Of a stretch of 64,000 bases of DNA, positions 13,478-25,800 are shown one piece after another. Source of the stretch: Ruditapes philippinarum. Its lineage: Eukaryota. The position numbers and the translations under genes were made by a program. Numbering within the stretch: the stretch's first letter is position 1; each line of letters opens with the position of its first letter. The DNA is taken from the NCBI RefSeq assembly GCF_026571515.1, contig NW_026860906.1, positions 1-64,000 of the forward strand, read 5' to 3'. The notes under the pieces are model-generated. The model was given only the letters and a program-made list of their open reading frames with translations, searched no databases and was not told where the DNA came from.

Positions 13478-15510
13478 TTAATGAAATGTCACGTATCTGT
13501 CTGAACGGATATGCGCACTCATACCAGATATAAGCATTGAATTAACTGTAATGTTAAAATCTGAACCTCGAATCAAAATATCCGGAATATCCACGCATGC
13601 GCGTGAGAGTAGATATGGCGGGACGTCAAGCGCTTCTATCGTATACGTATAAAATTCCGAAACTGCCTTGTATTTCTCTAAAGCATCATGCACTTCAAAC
13701 AGAGCCTTATAAATATGCCACTGTGGAAACTTAAATTCATTGTCATGGATGTTGTGTTTAAACTGAATGAGTCCCCAACGATGTTGTAAATGCATGTTGA
13801 AGGCATCGCATGGCTGCCAAGACCACCACTTCCAGTAAAACGATGGCCCTTTTTCATATTTTCCATTTCTCACAGTTATATTTGGTTGGGACCTCCCTAG
13901 CATAGTAGGCCATACTTCATCTTCTATTGGTGCATCATGCACGCGTTGTGAACCTTCCGAGAGTCTCTGAAAGGGTAAGGCCATTTCAACTGACCAGAAT
14001 TTATCAATATCACCAGGCGTGTTTAGTGTTCCTTCGAAATGTACAGAATAATTGGACGTTGAATTCCATGACAGGTCCGACGCACTCTCAAAGCTAGTCT
14101 CATATGGCGATTTAAACATAAGAAGGTCTAGTATTGTTCCTAAAACATTGATATCGATTTGCTTATAGTTAAAAGAAAACCCATCAATACCAAGAAGAAT
14201 TTCTAAACTGTTTTCACTGTATATTGCTGAATCGTGTACGTCATTTGTTGCCCACAGATTATTTTCTTGCAGGTATACACCAATATATAAATTATCGTTG
14301 TCCCATCTCATTTTAAACTTTGTATCATAGATTGGTTTTCCGTATATGGTACTTCTTATGTCTGCAAATGGTTCACTCCATGGGACCTGTGCAAATGATA
14401 TGTCATTTAAATTTCTTTAACTAAATTGTTATGAACCTATTGCTTTACAAATATTTTGTGTTCTTGAAACATAAAATTGTTTGACAGACTTTTAAGCAGC
14501 TAAAGCTTGTATTCAGTGTAAAATAAATCGATCCTTTCCAAATGAGAAATGAATATGTTAACATCAAACGTTTTACAGCAGCATTATCAGTTATTTATCC
14601 GTTATAGAGTACAAAGATACACAGAAATAGTAGCAGTTTACTTATTAAATGAATGAGTCGTGAGTTTTATGAAGAAGTGTCGCCTTGTTTTACTTAATTA
14701 AGCAGAGATAATAAACCTTTTTTGTTTAATTGGTTTCACGAAGCATATGGCGGTGAAACAGGAAAGATGAGTTTGTCTAACAACGGGTGTTACAAACTTC
14801 AAAGCAACAAAAGAGGTCTGAACCACCTCATCAGCTGGAGCTAAGACATGCATAGTATCCATTTAGGCGCCTCTTACGATCACGTGCGGTTAAACGGTGG
14901 CTTTTGTTATGCCTCAACAATTGAAACCCTTAGCCACAGGGGGCGATAAATGTGAATTATGTGAAAGTGCATAATATTTAAATTCTTAACATAAAAGCCC
15001 CTTATTGCTTTGCAAAATAAAGTAGTTAATTGTATTGTTATTTAACCTATTTTGTATAGAACTCAGTATTTTGAATTAAATTTGTAAGAATAGAATTATA
15101 CTAGATAATTAAGTACAGTTACATACTTCATTCCAAGCTTCGTCGTCTAGTTTCCCATCTATTTCGATTTTTTTATCATTCAGATGATTTACAAGATATG
15201 TTCTTGGAAGTCCATAATTCCAACACTCTTCTGAACTATGTATGCAAGAAAACATCTTATCCTGCCGTTCAAGGAAACGTTCTAGATACACTTTCCCGGT
15301 ATCAGTTTCAACAGATGTTGCACTGCATGAAGTCCGCATTGCTTCAATAACATTATTCGGAGACTCAATGCCATCAAATATGGTATTAAACTTAATAACC
15401 ATGTAACCTGTCGTTAAGCCAATTGAAAATGCCACGAATACAATTATTGTGAAAATGACACAGCCTTTCCAAGTTTTTGCCTCATTTTGAAGCAATTTGC
15501 AGCAAAGCAT
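13478..15510 (-). CDS. Type II membrane protein with CBM9-like (DOMON-like carbohydrate-binding family 9) domain, paralogue A, about 430 aa. Exons 15510-15127 and 14386-13478
   Basis: GAA|gtatgt ... gcacag|GTC joins IDGKLDDEAWNE to VPWSEPFADI in phase 0. N-terminal TM GCVIFTIIVFVAFSIGLTTGYMV. Motifs PRTY, IDGKLDDEAW, KMRWDNDNLY, GTLNTPGDIDKFWSVEMALP and WQP...NMH...RWGLIQF are typical of bacterial CBM9-like proteins. Confidence 0.85.
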
Positions 15511-17311
15511 TATTCCGACTTTTTGTTGATTTTTAAATTAAGAAAATAACTGAATTACGACATGCCTTGGTCTGCTCCTTAACTGAGCAAAATGATGAAG
15601 GGACTTTGTTTAATAATGACCAATTCAATAAAAGATGAAGATAATATTTCATGTAGTACTTCATTTCGTGATAAATTGAAATTATTTTCCTCTATGAGAC
15701 TTCCTTCTTAATTGTATGACATTGTAAATTGACACATTGATGACAAATTTGCCAGGCAACATCGTCAGCTAGTGTGCGGTTGCCATGCCATTTGGCAAAT
15801 AATCAGTTACATACTAATAATAATATCATGCTGACCTCACAAAGACACTTTATTTTACTAATATTAAGTTTCAGTCACGTTGATAAATCACATTTTAAAA
15901 CAATATTTCTCCTAAATTTCATTTCAATGATACCCAGCTAGATCAGTTGTTTTTAATGAACATTTTGAAATATATTTTCCGAGTATATATTCTCTTGTTC
16001 GTTACTTGAATGAGTATTATATTCCATATCATTGTAAAATTATATATAGAAACATAAACTTTGTTTTCCATTACAAATAAAACGTTCTAAGTTAATCAGT
16101 TATATCAAAGTTCATCGTGGCAGTAAACTTTATGACAAGAAATTAAAGAGCCATCTAGCCTTAACAATGCTATCATTTTTATATTTTAAGAAGAATTTTA
16201 TTGTTGGTGTCCTGATATCGTTTCTTTCCAAAAATACATCTAAGCCATCTTATGCTCCCTTTGCGTTTTTTTTTTAATTTTTTTATTTATTTTATTTTAT
16301 TTTATTTATTTTTTTAAGTTTAAAGTGTTTCAGTATTTTGTAGAAGCGAAAAAACCACTTTGTTTACAGTGGGTTAACTTCATCAAAAACTATTTCACAT
16401 TCAACGCTTTTTTGTTCAGGTGATAAGCATTTCACATGCTCTTAAGTCCTAATTGCAACATCGTTAAACACATGTTTGCTCTATTTGCATAAGGACACCA
16501 ATTTATTCATTTATGAGGATTAATGTGCCTTGAATGTGGAAAGCTGATCATTTGCATTATTTTGTTAAGAAAATTAACTACCTACCTTATACTGTTGCAA
16601 CATTAACCAGATCTCTACTTCATTTTGTTTAAATGACGGATTTGTATAATGCGAATTCTGAGTGCCTATGAATACCAAATACGATAGGTTAGTGTGAAAA
16701 AAAACTACGTCCTGAACTAACACGAAATACCTTTTGATAAGGTTTTATGCTTCATTCTAACCTTCCTGAGACCATAAATTATTATTCTTTTCTACCAATA
16801 TATAGTTAGTCTTCGCTTCCGAAGCTCTTTCTGCTGGCAACTTAATTTTCTGGTATATTGATATTAAAATCCTTTAGACTTCGAACTGACTCTTGCAAAT
16901 TCAAATTTTGACAAGTTCATTATAGAAATAGAGCGGGTAATAAAGTTGTTAAATCAGAATGACATGTAATATCTCTCCAGTATCGAGGAACAACTAAATG
17001 CATTTAAATTCTGGCTACGGGATAAAGGTATATTAATTATTTTGAAAAAAACTAAGTAAATTGAAATATTGTTTTCCTTAAAAAAATATCAGTTTTTTTT
17101 TCCAAAAAATAGTAAAAAATTCAATTGTAAAAACATTATTATCCGCTTGCATAAAGTACATGATAGAGTGCCTTAAGATTATTTGTAAGTCAATGATTTC
17201 ATTGAATCAAAATGAAGGATTTAATATACGCTATGTCTTCTCGTTTTAGCGTTTGTAGGTAACTTGTCTAAGACATATTCTAAATATATTAAAAGGGAAT
17301 TCCTTCCTAAA

Positions 17312-19059
17312 TTACCACATCGTAACAAATTTATCGGATCGTATGTACGCAGGAGGGAAATCAAATACCATAGATCGAACATTTATATCGAAATCAGCTT
17401 GACTTCTATTCTCTCTCATACTTATTTCCGGTACATCTACGCATGTGTGAGAAAGCAGATACGGTGGAATGTCTAGTTCCTCCAGAGTACTTGCGTACAC
17501 GCCATTTTTTGCTTTGAATACCTTCATAGCCTCAAGGACATCGAACAAAGCTTTATAGATGTGCCAATTTTGGAACTCGAATTTTCTATCTGTATTGGTT
17601 CTCTTAAATTGCACTAAACCCCAACGGTCTTGTAAGTGTAGATTAATTGCACCACTTGGTTGCCACGCCCACCATTTGCCTGAGATATTTGGTACTATCT
17701 CATATTGTCCGTCCTTAGTCAAACGAAGTACATGCTGTGTTCTTGCCAACTGCAAGAACCAAACTTCGTTGTTATTTGGAGCTTGTTCCACACGATTCGT
17801 CATAATAGCCAAAGTTTCGAACGGGACTGAAATTTCAACAGACCAGTATTGATCCCTGTCACCAGGTGTGTTAATTGTTCCTGGTGTGTACACGCCAACT
17901 GTAGCATTAGAATCCCACTTCAGGTTGTGCACTAATTGCCCTGGAGCATCGTAATATGATTTCTTCATCAATAAGTCCGTTACTGTGCCTAAAACATTAA
18001 CATCTATTTGCTTGTAGTTGAAAAGACTGTCATCTGCAGCTATAAGTAAACTGAAGCTATTTTCGCTCCATAGCTCGGAGTCGTTTGATGTTTTAGTTGC
18101 CCATAAATGATTGTCCTGTAGGACAGCGGCAAAATACAGATTATTGTCATCCCATCTCAATTTGAATTTAGTATCATAGATAGGTTTTGGGTATACTTCA
18201 CTGCGAATATCGACAAACAACTCGCTCCAAGGTACCTAGAAATAAAATGTCCAGTAAATTATTTGGTCGGTAGTACTTCGCAGCTACGTGAAAATTGAAA
18301 TTTTCTTTCATTTTTTAGTAATTAATTTAAATCATTTAAAAATTTATTGCGTCAGAATATGCAATGTTTTTCATAATTGTAACAAAATCCGTATATTTTG
18401 GTATTTCATTAAAGACTTGCGCAAAGTGTGTCAAAAGCAGTCAGTTATGAAAAGTAATTAAAAATTTATTTCTCTGTTTATACACCACAACCCGCATAAA
18501 AACCAATGCCATTGAATTTCTGGAAAGTGCTTAACTTCTATTTTTATTGTATTATTGTACATTGTATGTATTATTTCGCGCCAACATAATTAATCATAAA
18601 GTTTTAATTCTATTTGCAGTTTCAACAAATGATAAAAAAGGTTGCTTACAAAAATTAATTTAAAGTATTAACATAACAATTATATACCTCTGTCCATGCA
18701 TCGTCATCAACTTTCCCGTCAATTAATATTGACTTCATGTCAAGATGATAAGCATTATAATTTCTAGGAAGACCAAATCCCAAACATTCCTTGCGGGAGT
18801 TTACACACGCGTGCTTTTTAGAAAGAACGTTCTTTGAATAGCGCGCGTCGAAATTTCTCCCAGCCTGTGTTTGTACTGTAGTAAACTTGCAGGGAGCGTG
18901 AGTGCTTCGCCTTTGTCTAGATAGAGAAGCTGTTTCTTTGATTGTATCAACGTTGGTCCTGCTTGTAAAATGTCCCAGCATGATCCCGAGTGCAAATAAT
19001 CCAAATGCCATTAGCACATGTTTGGCAGTGTGTTTATAAGAGCAAGAATCCATCGCCAT
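17312..19059 (-). CDS. Type II membrane or secreted protein with CBM9-like domain, paralogue B, about 431 aa. Exons 19059-18688 and 18235-17312
   Basis: GAG|gtatat ... ttctag|GTA joins IDGKVDDDAWTE to VPWSELFVDI, the same intron position and phase as paralogue A. TM VLMAFGLFALGIMLG, RQRR furin-type site, same motif series. Confidence 0.85.
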
Positions 19060-20954
19060 AGCATAAAATAGTACAGTGTTTTCTTATAAAAACTTTGTCT
19101 TGTCTCTTGTCCTTTTAATAAAACGTTCATGAATGTGTTGGTCAAATTTAATGACAAATTCAAAGTATATGAACTTCTTGACGTTTTGGTCGCGTAAATA
19201 ATGAATGGCCATTGTTTTGTTTTAAGTTTATTCATAAAAAATGTCAGATTTTATTATGTTGGGAAGGATACAAATATTTGTTGCATAATTAAGTGACGGA
19301 CTATAAAACAGATTTTACACTAAAAGGCGATTTGATGGTGTTGTCTTGTCTGTATTATATAGTAAATTGTAAGTTGAGTTGAATGACCTTCTTGAACTTG
19401 ACTCGTAATTAACTGAGCGGTCTGGGCTCAGTTACTTCAGTTGAACCATTTTGTATACTCATTTACAAAACAGACGAGAACATACCAAAAATTATATTTT
19501 GTTTAAACAGTATTATACAAGTGCCAAATACAACAACAAAAATACATGGCTGAATAAATGTTACCGCGTATTTTTAGATAGTTAAATGTTATAACGCCTA
19601 CAAATATTATTTCACGTGGTGACCTAATAAATCTATAATATATTGAGATATGATAAGCGTGTGTCCGCCACACACGTGCAATATTATAAGAAGTATTATT
19701 AATTATCTTTTCAATATTAAGCACGTTTTCACTTCAAATGTAAGGCTAATATGATGTTCAGCACGGCATTATGACCATTATGCAAAAAGTACGGCCTTGA
19801 TGAGAAAACTCGGCTATTATGAGATTTGCGAATTTTGATTGGCTCCTCATCTCGGCCATTATGAATCTGTTTTGTTGTTGTTGTTTTTTGGGGGGGTTTC
19901 ATTGTAAAAAAGTCGCGATTTCGAATTGCTGCAAAGGAGGGTTTTCGAGACATTTTTAAAACATGAAGCTCATTTGCAATACCTCACAACAACGGAATTT
20001 CACATTCGTTATGTTTTGTTCACTGAGGCCGAAGCCAATAACAAGGTCATTATGTAAACACTTAATTATTAACATTATATTAAAAACCGACCAGCGTTAT
20101 CATTTTATTATACTGCTGTTTTATGCAATGCCGTATTTTAGCTCCGCGGGGCGCCAGGCAAAAACACGAATTTTTTAACGTAAATGAACGTAAAACGAAA
20201 GGAGGACGAAATAGTTACTTTGTCGTATTTATGTGTTTTCGCATACTTACATTTCTTCTTTCATACATTACATTTCTTACATTTCTTTCATACTTAAGTA
20301 TGTTCGTGTGTGCGCCCCGCGGAAAAAAGCTACATGGCACAAATCAGCCACCATACTCATTACTTGTCCGTTTGTCAGCGAAGGTTTTATATTTGTTCTT
20401 TTTTACATACATGTATCTAAATATAACATATTTTGACTGTAGTTTTTGCACTGGACCCATTTGAACAGTCATAAAAATTTTAACCATAAAAATACAAAAA
20501 AAATATTGTAATTTACGTTCATGTCAAAATTTACATGTACATTATATACATGCAGACCTTACATTGCCTAATATGGCCCACAGTTCACTTTTACATTCCT
20601 TTTTTATTCAATAACTTAATGTATACTAGTAACATCAGATCACGAAAATACTATGTATTACTGTGGAGTATTATATATTTTGTAATTAATGTATTAGAAC
20701 GCCGTCAAATTATTAAAACCAGGCCTGTTCTATGGTATACAGTAGAGCATTGACAGTCTGAATATTAATTCACCTGCTTATGTGCATTTTTTTCCTTCTT
20801 CCTTTTTCCATTTTTTCATTGTGTGTCATTTTGATATTCGGATCTAAGTACATTGTAAATAATAAATGGACATTTATAAACTAAAAGGTCAAAACAAATC
20901 ATATGTTTGGCGGTGAAGTTGTATGACTTTATTTCTAGAGTTTGTATAAATTTA

Positions 20955-22149
20955 AAACAAGAGGGCCATCATGGCCCTGAAATCGCTCATCTGTCAATAG
21001 GCCCCAAGGCCAAGGCCAATTTTAAACCGGGGGCTTTTATTTGAAAAAACTTGGTAGACACCCATTAGAAGATGTTTCATGATATATATCTAAGCTCAAG
21101 CTTTTGGGGGTTTTTATAAGAATTTTTTTCAGTCTTTTTTCTATATACATAAAGGGAAAAACAATGACCCCCCTCGGAGGGGCCAAATTTGACCCCAGGG
21201 CTTTTATTTGAAAACGCTTGGTAGACACTCATTAGAAGATGTTTCATGATATATATCTAAGCTCTAGCAGTTTTTTGGGGGTTTTATAAGAAGATTTTTT
21301 TAAGTTTTTACTATATACATAAAGGGAAAAACAATGACCCCCTCGGAGGGCCAATTTTGACCCCAGGGCTTTTATTTAAACAAACTTGGTAGACACTCAC
21401 TAGAAGATATTTCATGCTGAGTATCTAAACTCTAGCTCTTTGGGTTTTTTATAAGAAGATTTTTTAAGTTTTTACTATACACATATAAGGAAAATGAATG
21501 ACCCCAGGGGCGGGGCCAATTTTTACCCACGGGCCCTTATTTGAACAAACTTGGTAGACACCCATTAGAAGATGTTTCATGCTAAATATCTTAGCTCTAG
21601 CTCTTTGGGGGTTTTTAAAAGAAAATTTTTCAAGGGGCTGGCCAATTTTTACCGAGGGCGGTTATTTATGCAAACTTTGTAGACACCCACTAGAGGATGT
21701 TTCATGCCTAATATCTAAGCTCTAGCTATTTGGGTTCTCTTAAAAGAAGATTTTTTTAAGTTTTTTTACTATATACAAAATAAATGACCCCCGTCCCCCC
21801 CGGGGGGGGCGGGACCAATTTTTATACCAAGTCATTTATTTGAACCAACTTGGTAGAAACTGCCTAGATGATGTTTCATGCCAAAAATTTAAGCTCTATC
21901 TCTTTCGGTTTTCTAAAAGAAGGTATTTTAAGTTTTTCTTTCTGTTGCCATGGCCAAGTTCTGCTTGGAATAAAGTTCTTTAAACAATTTATAAATTTGA
22001 CTACCAAAGGGATATTTCTGTGAAGTTTGGATGAAATTGGCTTAGCGGTTTATGAGGAGATGTCATTTAAAGTTAAAGCTTACGGACGGACGACGGACGA
22101 AAAGCGATCACAAAAGCTCACCATGTCACTTTGTGTGAGGTGAGCTAAA
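20955..22149 (-). mobile_element. Helentron-associated (HINE, CvA/Pearl-like) non-autonomous element with internal tandem repeats of about 167 bp
   Basis: Termini aaacaagagggccatcatggccct (stem-loop) and aggtgagctaaaa, GACG microsatellite at about 22083, and six recurrences of cttggtagacacccattagaagatgtttcatg. Confidence 0.8.
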
Positions 22150-22878
22150 AAAACTCTTGTTGCTGTAAATGGTTACTAGTACATTTGTGATTGATACCGT
22201 GGCTTACGATACGGAATATTGCGTAATGAAATTATTATACTATGTAACCACTACTTACTAGTTCGTAAATTTAAAACACCACTCTTCTCATTCAAGGAAT
22301 AATTATGTAATACGATTAGCTACTGACAGAAACCAATAAGTGACATTCTCGTCGTCTTGAACTCGAGACAACCAATCAATAGCTAAATTGCAAGTAACCG
22401 AATCAGTTCAAAAACGTGTACATTGTTTTCACGATTTCTTACGTAAAATCATTTGCTTATGTTTTTGGGGGATGACAATTTTTTCAAAACATGCTGGTTA
22501 TACCTGGTTGACAAAGTTTTAACTGAAAGTCCATATCTGCTGAAAGGTAAATCAGAGTTGGTTACATGAGAAACGTCAGAAGATCGGACAGTTAGCAACT
22601 CTTACATCTGTGTGATTCCTGACATTGTGAGGGCTATACTTAACGATAAGTTTACGCTTAACTTACTTAAGGTTGTTCTACATGATCAAATATTAATAAT
22701 GTGAATATGTTGGCCATTGATCTGTAAGCAAATAATACTTGGTGAAAGTTCAGACCGACTAACCGAACAAACTTATAAGATGCTGAAACCGTATATTAAA
22801 ATCTTTCAAACACACAGAAAGGCAAAAAGTATAATTATTTTTATTTTGATACTTTTATTTTCTAAGAAACATACAATA

Positions 22879-25800
22879 CTAAGCTCTAGGTTTTGCTGTA
22901 GGAGTTACGTTGGTGCCCCTAAAAAGTCTCCGTACAAAAAACACTTGTATTCCTGAACACATTATGACGACGACGCATTGACAAATAGACCACGTTTGTA
23001 TATACGAATTATTGCCAGTAATTAAATACCAGTCTTTTATAACATGCATTCTGCTCTGTGCTTGGTGAACCAAGGCGTCCTTGACGGACTCATGTACATT
23101 TTGTATGGACACCTGAAACGAAAAAAAATACAAAGATTTAACGTTTTAGATTACTGATTTGTGCAGCACTTTATGTATTATAGAATTTGCAAGACACTTG
23201 GCTGAAGGTTCAGGGTGTTTTTACTCTGTATGACTGATTTCTATATGTTTAATGTTGCCGGCTGTTTGCTAGCGATCAGACGACTCTTAACAAAATTCAC
23301 TTGTTTTTATCGCGACGTTTTGTCAAAGTCCTTAAATAGTTATAAAGGCGAACACAACAGTTACTGTACAATAGAATCTACTTAAACTGTGCATTCTTTT
23401 AAAATATGGCAACAGAAAAATTTAAAGTAGGGTCACTGATCTCGTTTAAGAGTTATCTTCCCTTTATGTAACTGTAGTATACGTATGTAAACTGCGACAA
23501 AAACAAAGCCAGAGAAAAGCCACTTTATTGTAAGGGCATTTGAAACAACGGGGGAAAACAGACATGTTTAAAATTACACATATGACAAAACAAAATCGCA
23601 CTTTGTTAATTTGTAGAGTCTTTTTTCATGCATGCCATTACTTAATTACTAATCGGGCAAAATTAAATCTATCGCACCTTGACATTGTATTATTTGTAAG
23701 AAACAAAATGTGTTCATTTAAATAAACCATAAAAACCACATAAACCACATCGGACATCAAAATAAATTGGATAATGTGAAAGTAGAAGAAGACGTTTAAA
23801 GGTATTTCTATTTTTAGCTTTAGCGGCCCCTAAAAGAGGCCAATCAAATTAATATGAGCAAAATTGATAAAAAGACTCCCTAAGAATGTTACAGACAAAT
23901 TTTGGTGATCATCCATCAATTGGCTCTGTAGAAGAAAATGTCTAAAGGTTTTTCTATTTTTAGCTCTAGATACCCCTAAAAGGGGCCAATCAACTTAAAA
24001 ATGAGCTAGCAAATTTGATACAAGACTACCTAAGAATGCAACAAACAAATTTTGATGATTATCCATCATTTAATTTAGTAGTAGAAGATGTTTAAAGGTG
24101 TTTTCTATTTTTAGCTCTGTTGACCCCTAAAAGGGGCCAATTGAAATCGCATGACCAAATTTAATTTGACTGTCACAAGGATGCTACAGACCAAATTTGA
24201 GGTAAATCTGCCCAGTAATTTCAGAGGAGAAGACGATTGTTGACGCATGATGACGGACGCCGGGCGCCGGAGTATCACCCTTCGGTTCTAATAAGCTAAT
24301 AAAAAAACGCTTATTAAAATTTGCTTAGCAGTCGCTGACTCTGTGCTCGTTTGTGTCAAAATGCGCCGCTTCCGGGTCGCTGTACTTGGTCCGTATTCTT
24401 TATAAACTAAGATGTCTTTGGAACAACGCATCCCCTGTTTCCCCTACATAAATAAAACGTTCGCAACGCTTACGGAAATGTTAAATATATCAAACGTACC
24501 GTAAAATTTGAGACAGTTAGTTCGACTTCTTCTATTTCCTGTCTATATTTAGACCATTCTTCCTCCACATAGGTTACGAGAAAGACATACACCAGCTTGG
24601 ACGCCATTCGAGACATTGTATTGTCTAAACATATTGCATAAGGACCTGTAAAACATGCGGACAAACAAATAATATTGATGCTGAATACCTTATGTATATA
24701 GGTATTTTGTGTAGGAAAAATACTAAAATTTATAATTAATTGTTTGTTACATCTAAAAAAAAGTATCTATTCTGAAAACAACGAAATTGACAAAGCGGTC
24801 ATTAGTGTGATTTTTTTAAACAATTGAATCATTACATTTAATTTATCTAATATAGGCAAATTTAGTTATTCAATTATATGTTTACTTATTAAATTATATA
24901 AGAACAATACGACAAAGGGTGACATAAGATTAAGATTAAGATTATTACAATTTAACATAAGCCTTAAAATACGTCGATATTTACATTCTAGAATTAAGTT
25001 AAAAAGAACAAAACTAATTTTATAGTGAAACAAGGTTTTGCTACTGAACAGTCATTATACTATAGCGCTTTTGCCTGGTACGAAATAACAAAACGAGGTT
25101 GAATTGGTGATAAAAAAACAAAAGAAATATAAATGAATAAGGTTGAATGATATAAAAGCTCTTTGTAAATCACTGCATACTTTATATCTTTGTTAAATAA
25201 ATTGCATGTTTAATATCCCTAACTGTACAGGCTTGAAGGAAAACAAGACATTGTTATAAATGAATCAATCAGACTATCATGCATCATCTTCTTAACCACC
25301 TCTATAAACTGGGGGCTGCCAAACGCCATCGATTTCCTGTTCCGTCATAGGCCTTCCCTCGGCATAGAGGTTCGTGTCCAACTCGGTAATCCAGCGGGGT
25401 CGGGTGCGAGCTTCCTGTAAAACCTGACCGGAAACACCTTTGATAGTAAAGTCAAGGTACTGATCACCACCCCTTAACACCTAAAAAGCCAACATCAAAC
25501 CATGTACCAATTATCATGCTCCATTACCATAGAAACACACACATATATAAATAATACATGTAAATAAACAGTGCTTTCTTTAAAACATAACTCAATAAAT
25601 TATTGTAATACATTTACTGGTAAATGCAAAATGACTTGCTGCTTGACGTACTCTTAAATAAGTATTATATGCTACTAGATTCACAAATTTTAAGCATAAC
25701 TGTTCTTTGTGACATTGACTTCAAATCAGTAAACATGAAAGCTCATTTAGTGTTATCACATTTCCTTATAGTAGAATATATATGTATTAATAAATAATGA

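Noticed and set aside
13478-19059. Bacterial contamination as the source of the CBM9-like ORFs
   Set aside because: Both have a spliceosomal intron, host-like base composition and host repeats in the flanks.
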